Shown: in pieces, positions 15,092-28,320 of the stretch | How the letters are laid out: each line of letters opens with the position of its first letter | Position numbering within the stretch: the first letter of the stretch is position 1 | Origin: Styela clava | Taxonomy: Eukaryota | Assembly: GCF_964204865.1 (NCBI RefSeq) | Contig: NC_135260.1 | Coordinates: 8,804,001-8,868,000 of the forward strand | Direction: 5' to 3' | Length of the DNA: 64,000 bases | Position numbers and translations under genes: made by a program | Notes under the pieces: model-generated | Told to the model about the DNA's origin: nothing | Databases searched by the model: none | What the model saw: the letters and a program-made list of their open reading frames with translations, nothing else

Positions 15092-15743
15092 GTCTAGATG
15101 GGCGAAATTTCTGGCCCAGTCCAAAAACCGCGCCCACCTCTGTTCAAAAATGTGTTGTGTTTTTGGAACTACTGTTATTGTCGGTGAGTAGGGTTTTGCC
15201 GAATTATATAACTAAAATATCTAACTAAAGATAGAAATTCTATTTTAGAGTCATCAGACCACAGACCGGACGAAGTGGAAGGGCTTCTGTCCTGAAAAAT
15301 AGTTTGGAAACATTTGAAGGTGAATCACCCACGTGGTTACGATGTGAAGTGGCAAAGATGTGTAGCGATAAAGAAAACCACTCCCAGCCCTCAGGTACAG
15401 CAAATCAAGTTGACACTGTACACACATATATATATATATATAATGAAGTAATAAAGACATTTTATCGCTAGTGGTACTTGACAACGATAGTCTTCCCCTT
15501 TATCAAAAGATCAGCTTGTACATTCAAGGAAATATCTGACTTGTCAAGTGTGTCAAGTACAAATAGAGCAGAAAATAAATGTGATGAATTAGTGCGAGTT
15601 TGAAAAGATTAGTAACGGAATATCATGAATTAGTTATAATTAGAGATGAACAGCACAAAATACAACATCTTTGAATCAATACCAGTGCCGGTACTCTCCA
15701 TTGGTGGTATTAGAAATTAATAACTAGTATACTAACACAAAAG

Positions 15744-15995
15744 TTAATAATGTGCGGGTAGGCTGATCTTGTGTTGTATGAGTGTATATATATTACTTTG
15801 TTTGATAAAATAACCATCAAATGCGATATGTAGAAAATTATTGTGATGTTTGTCAATCAGCTTGCAGGCCGATAATTTATAAATATCTGCAAGCTTCAGA
15901 AAGGCGGTTTTGTTATATACTATGTTAAGATTCAAACGATCAGAGGATTTTAACAGCCCTATCCGGTAGAAATAAAATTCGGTGGAATTATTCAA
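15744..15995 (-). mobile_element. Decayed non-LTR retrotransposon (L2/CR1-like) C-terminal fragment just downstream of the HAO copy 1 stop
   Basis: LKLADIYKLSACKLIDK...FDGYF resembles the post-RT region of LINE ORF2; paralogous remnants at ~31010-31236 and ~37020-37380. Confidence 0.5.
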
Positions 15996-16033
15996 TGCCA
16001 GAAGTTATGTTGCTTCATATTAAACTCTTCATT

Positions 16034-19000
16034 CTACCTCTTCCGAAGCACAAAAGATTCATGAACGACTAAATTTGGAGTTGATTGTAGTTCTTTGATT
16101 GACGTTACACCTATTAATAAAAATATTTAGTTCCTAGCTACAATGTGACATAATATATATATATTTTTCTAGCACGGACCAATACTATCGTTCCAATATG
16201 CTGCTTTCGCCAGCCCTCCGAATATTGGAAATTATCAGTCATTGTAATATATTTGCTACAAAACGTCTGATTTTATATTATACTTCTGTGTTTTGATATA
16301 GTAGGGAGTTGGGATATACATAGCCCTTAACCATTTTTAGGCCTAATCGTGATTTTATTGTTCTAAAAATGCCTCCAATTGCCCCACATTTGTCTCTATG
16401 TGATGTGGGAAAATGGTACACTACATACGGAGCAGGCAAGTGGTATATGACATTTTTGAGACACCTTGTTATTTCACAAGACTTCTTTACGGCATATAGC
16501 ATACAGCATATCCCACCTATTCTACTTACCTAGTTGTTGCATAGTTAAAGTAAATTCATCTCTTAAAATTTCTAACACTCGTTGAGCTCCTGTCTTTCCC
16601 TGTATGTAATATATAAAATAAAAGATCTTAACATGTAATTCAGAGAAGTGATTTTTTTTTAACTTTGATGATGTTTCCGGTGAATTGGTCATTGGTATTT
16701 AAAAACCTTTCATATAAGAATTTATTCTGAATTGATAGTGCCCGAATTTGTTTGGATAATTGAATTCGTTTCACGTAGATACGGTTTAATGCAAGGTCAT
16801 GGACATTATGTATAAACCTATGGAAGAGTCAGCAGCACCACTATGGGGCCAAACGGTCCATATAATTATGTTTCCTCAAGTGAGATATACTAAATATCGG
16901 ACCTGAGAAAAGTTGCGCACTATACTCAAATGTGAATTTTTGAAATTTCCAATTAGGGCAATTTTATGTTATATACCAGCCAGGACTTAATTTGTAAACC
17001 AATAAATATATGATATCATACATCACACGCTAGTCCCCAAAGTATTGGCCTTCCTACAAAAACAGCTTTAGCACCCAGAGCAATTGCTTTTGCGACGTCT
17101 GTTCCTTTACGAATCCCACCATCCAAGTAAACATCACATCTACCATTCACTGCTTTCACTACTTCTGGTAGCGAATCAATCTTAAATAGAGTTTAAAAGT
17201 ATTTGATTCATACACGACTAGGCTGGTGGTGATTCATCCTATGACTCGAATATATATATCAACCATACCGAACGACATATTCGAAGAAAAATCATTTTAC
17301 ACAAACTGACAAACTTTATCAAGTAATGCATGCTTACTGTAGAAAAAGTACCGTCAATCTGTCTTCCCCCGTGATTTGAAACAATTATCCCGTAGACGTT
17401 GTGTTTGATTGCTTCAAGGGCCATTTCTTCTGAAGATGGACGAATATTGATAACATGTTCATAAAAACAAAAACGTCTACCACCACTTTGAGGGTATACT
17501 ACATAATCAGTTGTACGATAAAAGTATGTATATACATAATATTTTCAATAAAAACAGTTCATTTGCCGCAGTGTAAGATGATGGTTAACCTGTTAGTATT
17601 CCCTTGACGACCACCGGTAACTTTGTAATGCTGCTCAGCCAGTCCAAGGAGTCCCATTGTGCACGACCATCGAAACAGTCATCCATTGTCAGAGAATTCT
17701 GCTTCCCGATTGCCTTCCATGATTTAGCCATGTTGATAGGTCTAAGAAAAATTAATCTTAATTATTGTAAACAAACGCTCGGATTGTGTTATAATCTGGG
17801 CATAATCCCAATCCCTCGAAGGTGCATATGGCTACTTTCGTCTCTGCCTAATTATCTTATCTATCTTAAAAGTCGGTAGATGGATTTTATTTTCAAGTAA
17901 TCTCCGAGTGCCACTGACCGATACTTCACCCCAAATCTTACTGTTTTTTATTATTCACGGTTCACCTTCGTTCGACATTCGGTAACAGATTTTACATGAC
18001 ATTCGGTGGAATTCTTTTAGCATTTGGTTTATTTTGCTGACATTGCTGTGGCCTCATTATTTATCTGATCTCCATGCCTATATATTTGATCATTGCCCTC
18101 TTGTTGTCCGAGATCAAATCGACTTATACCAGCGAAGATTACACTAACATAATTTACTTTCGATGTGTCGTGTCAGCATGTTTTCCGTCCGGTGTTCTGT
18201 ATATCCTTTTTCCAAGTACTGATTGATCAATTGTCACTACGAATCCTGTGAATCCACATTTCTCAGCTCGATTGACCAAATTTTCAACCATTTCACGGTG
18301 CTTAAGGAAGGAAATAAAGTTTGGAATAATAATAAATATATATATATGTTTTGTTTTACAAATCATGTCTACATTTAATTGTTGTCGCCGCTCAGCAACA
18401 GGAGCTCTATTTGTTTCCTTGTCTTCCTATAATGCAATAATTTTATAGTTATTTTGACATTAGTTGCCAACAACTATGATTCCGAGTACTCAAAAAGGTA
18501 ATACGGAACTCTGACATCGATAAGTCAGTTATATATCAGTTGGGTGCTCATGATTAGTACTCAAGTCATCTACAGGAATTCTTCTTCCTACAGTACTTAT
18601 TTTGTCACCATTGTTCTGCTGCCTGTCTTTGTGGTTGCATTATACTTAGCAGATAATCATAAATATACTCCAGTAATTGGTCTTAACGTATAAAATAAAA
18701 TTTCAAACTTTGAAAAATTGAAGGTGGCACCATCGCAAGCATCCTGGAATTTTCCTAGAAATCTCTTCGTACGTTTTGGTGCTCCCTGCACTCTGTACAT
18801 ATCCAGTGCGAACAGCTTCGGCAGCTGAAACGAAAAAGGTAGTTGAACAATCGTTTAAAAATACATCAGATAATACTATTGTGACCTGTTATCAGAAACG
18901 CTTATATTATTTGGAGGATAGGTTTGGCTACTCTGTGTATTTTTAATAACAAGCATATTTACACATATACCAAAATTTTTATTTCAGAGAGAAATCGGGT

Positions 19001-22000
19001 ATATATGCGGTTTACGTATCGTTAGGATAACATAGTTTAACATTTCTCCTATAAAATACTGTTGTATTCTGCTGAATTCATTCTCCTCCTCGCGTTACCT
19101 TGTGCTGTAGAAATTTCTGCGTCGGCTGTTGCTAAACAATGGAGAGCTGTTGGTGCAATACAAATAGGGAAAGAAATCTCTGATCCTAATACCGTTGTTG
19201 AAGTATCAACCTCTGAAACGTCTCGTAAAAGACGAGGTCGAAATTTCCACCTGAACACACGTATTTTATAATTGGTTGTCTCTATCTTCAAAATTTCATA
19301 CGACTATTTTTTTAAATGTTGTCAGAACGCCTGCTGTGCTGATAATTACCAACTTTCATTGACCGATGCTGCCATCAACGTTTTTACTAATCTTTGAGAG
19401 GACTCTTTCAGAGTTCGCGCAGTTGCTAATCGTCCCTGCTTTGAAAAGCTCGATGTGTGCAAATTTTGCTTTAACAGTCTTTACTTATCGATCTCAAGAT
19501 CGGTATGTATGTTGATAGGTATTTGTCTGTCTGTTAGATGCACGCAATATCTCACGAAGGCGAGGTTCAATCTGCTCCAAATTTTGCATGTGCATTCATC
19601 ATAGCTCGGATCAGAAGCCTATTGATTTTGGATGGATTATGATGGATTATATAATTAGCGAGTTATTAATTAATTAGTGATGGGACACACGGTGTTACTA
19701 TGGAGTAAGACCACTGTTTTGGGGGATCCCCTAACCTTCGATCGATAAGTCTTCGGTTTCCAACCGAATTCTAGTTTTAATATTATAACATGCCGATTGC
19801 ATCTGTACCACGGTCTGTTTGCAGGCTGGCTTGAGTACGGTAGTGGTGCACCGGTACCGCCAGGTGACCGGACGGACATCGTGTCAAATTTAGTCAGCAT
19901 CTACTTTACACTGACATATTACGGCAAACGTACTCTAAGTACAGTATTGGGACTCAATGAAGCAACTATCGCTCAGAAGGCTCAAATCATCTACCGCTCA
20001 ATCACCGCGTCCCAGTGATTTCCCTACACCCCCCCTAAAATTTCGAACCCCCCCCCCCCCTATTTTTGACTTTTCATTCCTTCAATACATCATCAACAAA
20101 AGTGAGTTCTTTTGGAAATCCCAAAATTTCAGTCAATTTCATAAACACATAACCAATCTCACCAATTTATTGCTTATTTTTGGACTCTCCAGAGTGACAT
20201 CTGAATATAAAACGATGCGCGCAGTAAAAGCGACTTGTCTAAGTTGTACTATGGGTTTGCTAATATCTGAATATAGGCGAAAAATGCTACTTTATTACCA
20301 ATAATATTCTTTAGGCGGTGATTCTAAAAATGTTCGCACTATGTTTGACAATACTTGAATTTCCGAACCAGATTAATTAGGTATACATGTTTTCAGACAC
20401 GGCCCCATTATACGAGACCTGCTAGACCTCGTAGATCTGCTAGGTGCGACGTTTTTCTGATCATTTGAATTAGATGATTTAATATTTGTCAGAAAAAAAA
20501 CTTTATCATGAATTTAGAATATTAAATTGATAAAGTCGTTGTGGAATTGCGTTTTCCAGATAGCGGAAGGACACTTTTTTCTTTTGCATCTTTAGAGCCC
20601 ATTAACTTGCACATTCATTTGCGGGGCTAATGCAGAGAGCGGCAAATGTATTTTGTATTCAGCGACTAAAAAATTCCCAAGCGGCACACGTTTTACAACC
20701 AAAATGCTTCGAAAAACGTTTGTCAAGTGTCCCACTGGTTGGGCACAGTCGAACAAATCCTAATGCACAATGGGGCGTTCTATTAAATAGAATGAAATAT
20801 GTCATTAAAAATTAGCAAAGAATCAGCATCTAAAGCAACTCTGGGCATCAAATTTGGATAGATTTGGCATTGTTTCCCACAGGCATCAAACTATTTCAGA
20901 CTACCTACCCCATGTCAAATTAGGAGAGGCTCATATACTCGCCAACGTTATGAATATTTTACAGTGGGCTGCAGCAAAGAAATACCAGACATTGGTTACT
21001 AGTTTTGTCTTTGAAACTATCAATCCATCAGTGTTGGGGACACATGATTAAGGAGTGATTAATATACTTAATGCTCATCTACCTATTACACGAAAATGCA
21101 GGGAGTCAGCTTGGGACTCGAGAATACAGCGAATCGACGCAATTTTTGAAATCCGTAATTGACTCGGAAGGCACTTGATTCACTAACTCGAGATTATAAA
21201 CTAGGGAAAAATTTACACTTAACTTAGACCAGTTTAATTTCAACAATAATTCTACCTATCGGCGTAATTACATTTTTTCAGTCTCCATATTATTGTCACT
21301 AAAATTTGTTGTTGTTTGTATACTTTATCCATCCTTTTGAAATTGGACCACCATTTTCGGGAGACACAAATACCACACGATTTATGAATTTACGATCTAA
21401 TACTGTATTAGTTACACAGGTTTCTGCAATTAGGCGACCCCAAGACATTGCAAAGTTGCAAAATCTTCACCACTCCCTAAATTTGAAAACACCCCCCCCC
21501 CCCCCTTAAAATGAAAAGCCGGGGAACATACTGCGGCGCGTCCTCTCAAAGCAGCGTAAAAATGCTACTGGCAGCAACCGTTGATTCGTATGAATGTTGG
21601 TAATGACGTTGTTGCATAGCACGTGTTTTTTATTAGGACTTGAGTGTTTCAAATTAATTTGCGATTTTTGTCTTGAGCCTAAATTATTTAGGTTTTCATG
21701 ATTTTCAAAGCCTTTTTTTTGCATCAGCGTATGTTTGAAACATAACGATTCAGCATCACAATTTTACAAATATCCATTAATTATTAACTCTGTCGTGCTA
21801 AAGTGAAAGAGAAATTTAATCTCGTTAAGATATTGTTTTTGTGCATAGGATCGCTGAATATACAGCAAAAAATTGTAAAACTCCACTAACTTTTTATATG
21901 CTTCACAATTTTCCATGACTGTTTCATGTCCTACTGCACCTCCATTATAAAATGCCAAATTCTCCGGAGGAATTTTTTGGGAAGCTAATTTTGCAAAGTC

Positions 22001-22027
22001 TTCGACGCATTTCAGTTGCTCATACAT
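16034..22027 (-). CDS. FMN-dependent alpha-hydroxy-acid oxidase (HAO-like) copy 1; exons 22027-21891, 19250-19099, 18824-18709, 18300-18158, 17741-17590, 17429-17338, 17180-17022, 16599-16530, 16110-16034
   Basis: [65 protein letters not shown]; in-frame GT-AG junctions; no internal stop seen. Confidence 0.92.
19347..21602. mobile_element. ~2.25 kb TIR element in HAO copy 1 intron 1
   Basis: Imperfect ~60-bp TIRs (TACCAACTTTCAT...CTTTGAGAGGAC vs GTCCTCTCAAAG...ATGAATGTTGGTA); empty site GATAATGACG in copies 2-4. Confidence 0.65.
19481..19776 (+). mobile_element. Helentron-associated (HINE/DINE-1-like) element, copy A
   Basis: Subterminal IR ACTTATCGATC/GATCGATAAGT, (GTCT)n tract, 3' hairpin CGGTTTCCAACCG, CTAGTTTT end. 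Confidence 0.7.
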
Positions 22028-22309
22028 ACTGGGACAAATACCAAATCAGCTTCAAATTAATTACATAAAGCACACTGCAAGAACAGATTTTCAACTTTAT
22101 TCTCGTTGGATATAATGTATTGCCCACATTGCAAATTATCGTCATGCAGTCAAAGTACACAGACCTAGTATTTCGCGAGATAAGACTAGATTCACTCGCT
22201 CTTTAAAACGTAACTGAAAATTCCCCTTATTTAGCAAGTGACTACATACCGCAAAATATAACATTCCCTATAATATATAATATTATCACAGATACACAAT
22301 GGATATTTC

Positions 22310-22760
22310 TACGACCCTTGACCTCTGAAAGATTATCCCTGAACTTTATCATTGCAAAACTTACAACGCTGATTTTGGAAGCGTTTTGGAAACTTGGCTA
22401 TTACCAACTGGCTCGCATGTTCCAAACTATCATTTTTATTATAACAATGAACAACGTGCTGCTTATAAGCCTATAAATAGGCACTGATAACTAATTTTAG
22501 GCTAGTTTTAGCGTTAGCGGTATCAATTTTGGATTATTGTAACTAAAATAAAGGTCCTCAGAAGACACGATGACATTTAAATTATTTGATTTACAACTAT
22601 TTTCTGGAAACACCACTAAAAACTGAGAAATAACATGCAAAACTATCGAAAAGAGGCAATGTTTACACCACCCTTAAATACCTGTTTGAGCGAAAGAAGT
22701 GTCTGAGCGGCGGCGTAAATTCCAATTGTTACGTCATCGTTAACAAGAAAATCGATGCTC
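22310..22760 (-). repeat. Dispersed ~450-bp repeat, inverted copy
   Basis: Diverged reverse-complement match to ~14340-14800 and ~23430-23880. Confidence 0.6.
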
Positions 22761-22899
22761 GGGAGAAACATCCATTGTGATATAGCCTATGCCCTACCTA
22801 TATTATATATATATGTCATTGATTTTGACCTACTATTATATTTTGACCTACTTTTCGTTGTCGTGTAGAATGTAGATAACAACATGATCTGTAAATATT

Positions 22900-23102
22900 G
22901 GTGACCGTACATTTGAACCCATGTACATTTGAACCCATGCGTATATCCACGGGTTCAATCTATATGCGGGTGCTAAAACCCATGGGTTAGGGTTAGTATG
23001 GGTTTAACTATCAGTGAAACAAAAAAAAATCCATAGATGCAATAGCATACAGGTGCAATTGTCATGGGTTCAAATGTACGTGGGTTCAAATGTAATGGAA
23101 CC
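22900..23102. mobile_element. 203-bp MITE with 9-bp TSD (Mutator-like)
   Basis: TSD GTAAATATT at 22891-22899 and 23103-23111; ~40-bp TIRs built of TACATTTGAACCCA repeats. Confidence 0.85.
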
Positions 23103-23429
23103 GTAAATATTATATACTGGTTGCCTGCCAGTGGCATTACAATACTCTTATTTACTTTGGATACTGCAGCATAAAGGAATTTCGAAATTAACGCAGTTTT
23201 AAAATTTATTTACCAATCTGCCTGTGAGCCTTCACTCATGACAATGTCAAACAACTCGACATCACTCAATTGGGTATGCCGGCTTCCCACTTGATAAACA
23301 CCATACATAACACACATACATAAAAAAAAGGGACTATTAATCTATTTCAGTTATTTTTAAATGGAAGCGAAGATTATTAAGCACGGATTTGTCTAATTTG
23401 TACCGATAAGTTCTATATTTCGCCTTGTT

Positions 23430-23880
23430 TACTTCGTGACAGTGGCCAATCGGCAAGATGCAAAAAGTGACGTAACAATGCCCCCTTTTCGCATCCGCTC
23501 AGACACTTTTCTCACTCAGACAGATTTTCGAACGTGGTTGTAAACATTACCTCGTTTTCGCGTTTTTGAACTCTATTCGTTAGTTTTCAGTTGTGTTTCG
23601 AGAACTTAAATGTAAATCAGATAATTCAATGATCACTCTGTCTTCCTAGGAGTTTTAATTCAATTGCAGTAATAAAAAGTAGTGTAGAAATAGCTGTGAC
23701 AGACTAGCATGAAATTCTTTACCGGTACTTTTAAAAAACAGATTGTTGTGTGCGATGAATCATAATGATGGTTTGAAACGAATACCCCATTTTACAGGAG
23801 CCAATTCGGAAAAGCACTCCTAAAATAGCCCTGAAAATTTTGAAACGGTAAAGTATAGGGAGAATTTTCCGGAGTCAAAC
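23430..23880 (+). repeat. Dispersed ~450-bp repeat, direct copy of ~14340-14800
   Basis: Near-continuous match (CCAATC.GCAAGATGCAAAA..GTGACGTAACAATG...). Confidence 0.75.
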
Positions 23881-24179
23881 ATCGGGGAAAGGTCCATTCT
23901 GAATGCACTACACAGTTGTTGTTATTGAAATCTGTATAGTGAAATAGGCTTGTTAGATTAAGATCGTAGTCTGTGTAAGTTGTATTATGGGTTGCCACAG
24001 ACTTTCCATGTCATGGGGACGTTAACAAAACTTTACTTTTTCTCGCTCAATTGATTCGACGTCGTGCTTTTCACATCTCTTTCTTTCGCCTCGTACGCTT
24101 GTTGTGTACGTAGAGTTTTAATTTAGCGTCGTTTTAATTTAGTTAACAAAGGTTTGTTAACGTCTCCATAAAGAATTCT

Positions 24180-24751
24180 GCCGGCGATTTTAAAAGCTTC
24201 AAGAATCGTTCCAATTTGTTTCGTCTCATTTTTTCAGGTTACTTCAACATCAGCACAAGAGCTACAATGAGAATCGATATTCAATGTGACTATATTTCAA
24301 AAGAGAAATTCAAATCCTTGAAGCTAAATGACTTGTACGCTTATCTGAGTGATGCCAAGTTTCAAAATATTCAAAAAATGGCACAGACAATATTTGTGGC
24401 ATTTGGCTCCACATACATTTGTGAACAGACCGTCAGTCGGATGAATTTTAACAAATCTACCACAGATTTTCATTGATCTTCGATACTCATCTCAAATCTG
24501 TTTTGACAATTGCCACAACCAAGCGAAAAACAAATTTTGATGCTTTAGCTAAAAAAGGCTCAAGAAATTTGTTGATATTGTGATTAAATTTGGTTTTGGC
24601 ACTAGGCTCATTGTTTTCCACTTTTGCTTTTGTAACACCGTAAATAAAATTACGTTCATAAAATATAACTTTTTACGTCACACTTACATGGCTCTCCAGT
24701 CCAGGTGGGCAAAATGTTTGGCCCCTGACTCAAAAACCTTGCCCACCCCTG
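24180..24751 (+). mobile_element. hAT (Charlie/SPIN-type) transposase C-terminal relic with right TIR
   Basis: FGSTYICEQTVSRMNFNKS dimerisation-domain motif; ends TTGCCCACCCCTG; the last ~160 bp match the MITE at 29745-30052. Confidence 0.7.
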
Positions 24752-26099
24752 CATTAACTACTCAAGCCATATTGTACTGCAAACTGTATCAACTTGTATA
24801 CAATACTGGGAATCTGATGATACTGATGTTAGCAACTCCACGAACTAAACGACCGCATACGTGATGCAAACAAACTGAATTGTTGTCACGAGGCAGTCGT
24901 TATGTGCGAAAAAAGCAAATTGTGAAACTGTTTGAATGAATTTTCATGTGTAAATTACAAATTAAAATACGAAATAGTCGAAGCCAAATGCATTGAATAA
25001 ACACCAAAATCATTTTGTGAACTATTAAACGTATCAACCACCGATTTAATGTGGGGTTGATAATAGTTTTATGCAATAAAAATACCGCCCATTGTATATT
25101 TTTTTCACGCGCGATCTGAACAACGTCCTTCGTAAAACAAGTTCAATAACGGGTCACGCTGATTATAAAAAAAATGTGAAATAACCCAATTAAGGAACCT
25201 AATTGGTTGGGAAACACGTCGGAGTAGGTGAATTTTTGTTTCTAAATTCCGATCGAGGTGCTTTCATTGCCATATTATTCAATACTACTATATACTGTCA
25301 CCAAGCAATACGGCTGCACGTCGATAACCAGTCAAATATGTTGCACTGAGGAGACATACGACCATGAGTAACAGCGTGAGATGTATGTAAAGTGAAGAAA
25401 CGTAAAATACGCTGACGAAAAAAAAAGAATATTCGGCTCCTAAATTATTCGTAGTTAGATTAAATTGTAATATGAAGGTTCTTACATTTATAATTTGGCG
25501 AAACTATGTTACCATGGTTAAGGAACACAAGGGAGCAATGCTCAAATTTATGGACACGCAGGCCAATTCCCCAAACTCATATATATGCGGTAACCTACTA
25601 ATACCTGTATCGGGATACCGTGGTGGTACATGATCTGTCATTGTTTTTTTTTAGGTCCTGTGACAATGATCCATTTTTCTTGATTGTGTTTAAACATCAA
25701 TTGAAATATCATATGATCTGAGTCACTTGTATTACCAGATCAGGTACCGCAGTCAAACATTTCCCATGAAAACGTCCCAACATCATATGCTTTAACTTAC
25801 CAGCACCTGAATCGTGGTACAAATAACGGTACAGGGTAATGATCTATTCTTCTCCATCCAATTTCAACGTGAATTGAAATACCAAGTGATCCAAGTCATT
25901 TCTCCATTACGTTGCCAGGCAAACAAAAAAGAATTCGATTCCCCGATAATCATATGCGGTACGGTAGCGTGTCGACTAAAATCAAAAACAACGCATTGCT
26001 ACTCTCAAAGCCTAAATACACAATATTAAACCTTCTAAACATGTACAGACAGATTCACTATTCGGGAAAATATCCGTCCGATAAATAAATTTGATTACT

Positions 26100-26470
26100 T
26101 TTCTTATTCTATATCTTATTCTAAGTGAGACTTCTGCTGCTGCATTATCGCTGATAAAGATTTTGCATTGGGTCTATATTTCGTAACAAAGAAATACACG
26201 AACTATTGGTTTCATATTTCAAGCTACTCCTATTACAAAACTCATTAAAGTTCCTAACTGAGAACAGAGATTTACAAGCATATGTAGATGAAAACATGGA
26301 AAGTAATGCTGTTGCAAAGTTTTTCAGACACGAGAAATTTTCGGAAATGGCATCCCAATTACGCAATAGTTTGTTTTCTGCACTTCTCTCTCGGATTCCC
26401 TTCCCTGATCGCTTATATTTCGTCTAAATCAATTTATAAGGTAACTCTAACCATCACGAGCTGTGCAACT
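26100..26470 (-). mobile_element. hAT transposase C-terminal relic
   Basis: WDAISENFSCLKNFATALLSMFSSTYACKSLFS, degenerate hAT dimerisation motif. Confidence 0.6.
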
Positions 26471-27817
26471 TCATAAAACTACCTGAAATGAAAAAAAGCG
26501 TGGCACAGACGAACTATATTAAGAATATTCTATTCAATTGAATAGAATAGTCATATTTATTCCAGCTACAGTATCCTTGCAGTATACGCATACGGATCCA
26601 CTAGCATAAAGGCATAGAGAAAAGATAGGAAGTTAGTCTCGCGCAAGCCAACTCAAATTTATATTAAGAATGTTGCTAAATGAATGCTGCGCTTTTTTCG
26701 ACAAAGTTTTTCGATATTCTCACTCATTTGTTACGTCACAATTAGGGCTGGGAATGGTTAACCGGTTAATCCTAATTTTTCATAATCCAAGGCTTTTATC
26801 TTCAGCCATTTTTCATAGCTATACTAATGCAGTTAAACTAAGCTTTGGCCTACAATTATTGATTCAAATGTTTACAAAGGGGAATTGAGATTACAAGATC
26901 TGAAATTGGTGAGATAATCTAAATCGGCAATGATTATTAGAGATAATTTCATTCTTTCAGTTAGTTAGCCCATAGCGTAATACTAAATGATTCCTAGTGT
27001 ATAATCATTGAATCAAAGACGACGGCGTAAACAAATGGAGGCGAACGAGAACAATGAAATGTTCAAGTTAGAACAAGTAAGAAACCTAAAACCGTATTCA
27101 AATTTACGCTTTGGATATATTCCATATATACGAATTGCCCTATTCTTGCTTTTAGCTTGTGTTAGCTTTTATTCAACCCATATAGTGGGTTAGTTATAAT
27201 TAGCATCTGACCCTCTATTAGGCTCTAAGGCCTAGAAATGCCTTTGTTGCCAAATCTTTCAATCGCCATTTTAAATCAACATTCAGAATTCACGCAATCG
27301 TAAATTTGCTAGGTTTATCTATCTAATACTAAAATACCACGAACGCCGAGAACCGAGAAGCATGAGAAACTCAGTTATTATTTTAATAAATATCTGCATC
27401 TCGGTTACCGTTCACTTTAAACAGGTACGGTGATAAGGAAGATCAAATCCAAGGCAGAGGATAAAACTCAGAATAAAATTAATTTGGTTTTGAAACCAGC
27501 CCTTAATGTATTCAACAGCTGTCGCTGATGTAAACGTGAGTCGTGAGGGTATACTAGAAAAATGAAATTTTGATATCCGGTACCATCAACTTACCATCCG
27601 AATACCAACTTTAGGATATCGCCGCCGAAACGATCGCGGTGACAAAGACAATCAGCGATTATGATGGAATTAACCATTAACCAGTAATAAAACGCTTTAT
27701 TGCCGACTTTTCATTCAATGTTTCTATCAATTTACAAATGGAGTATCGACCTCCGACGTTCTGGATCCCTGTTACGTATTAAAATATATTCATTATTTGA
27801 CTATTCGGTATTCGTTA

Positions 27818-28290
27818 ACTGAGATTGTGTTCCATCCAGATTGTTTCATTTTTAGGCCTATTCCTTGCCAACATCCCCAGTCAGAGTAGTGTGACGACCC
27901 TCATTTTATCTTTTAAATGAAGTCATGTGATAATATTGCTATATTTTGTATTTTTAACATTGAAGACACTGTCGATCTGTCCTTTGGTGTCCTGTCAGCG
28001 TATGCTGTGGTTTGCAGCAGTAGTACAGTGTGGTTGTTTTTGGTTGGTTGTCTGGGTGTTTTGTGTCTGTAGGAGTGCCTCTGGTCTCCGGTGGGTAATC
28101 AGAGATGTTTGTTATGACTTAAAGTTGTTTGGAATGCATTTCCATCCCTTTGTAGGTTGAATCTACATGGGAATGATTGTATGAATATATATATATAGCT
28201 AGACTGCAGCAGCCAAAGGGTGGTTCGCATAAGTAATAGTCAGACATGGCTTTCTAAATTATTCAAGTCCACGTGCACCTATTTCATAAC
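27818..28290 (-). pseudogene. Inverted relic of the GALC last intron and start of the last exon
   Basis: rc of 27818-27889 matches 12119-12190 (CTACTCTGACTGGGGATGTTGGCAAGGAATAGGCCTAAAAATGAA...); rc of ~28125-28290 matches ~11870-12035. Confidence 0.85.
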
Positions 28291-28320
28291 CCAATCTTCA
28301 CCATCGATGTCACTGATAAC

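Larger units (their letters stand above)
12732..15142. mobile_element. hAT MITE split by two nested elements
   Basis: 8-bp TSD TTCAAAAA on both sides; the uninterrupted paralogous copy is at 29745-30052. Confidence 0.75.

Noticed and set aside
25700-26030. Exon-like stretch upstream of HAO copy 1
   Set aside because: Stops in all minus-strand frames and no recognisable domain in the short plus-strand ORF.
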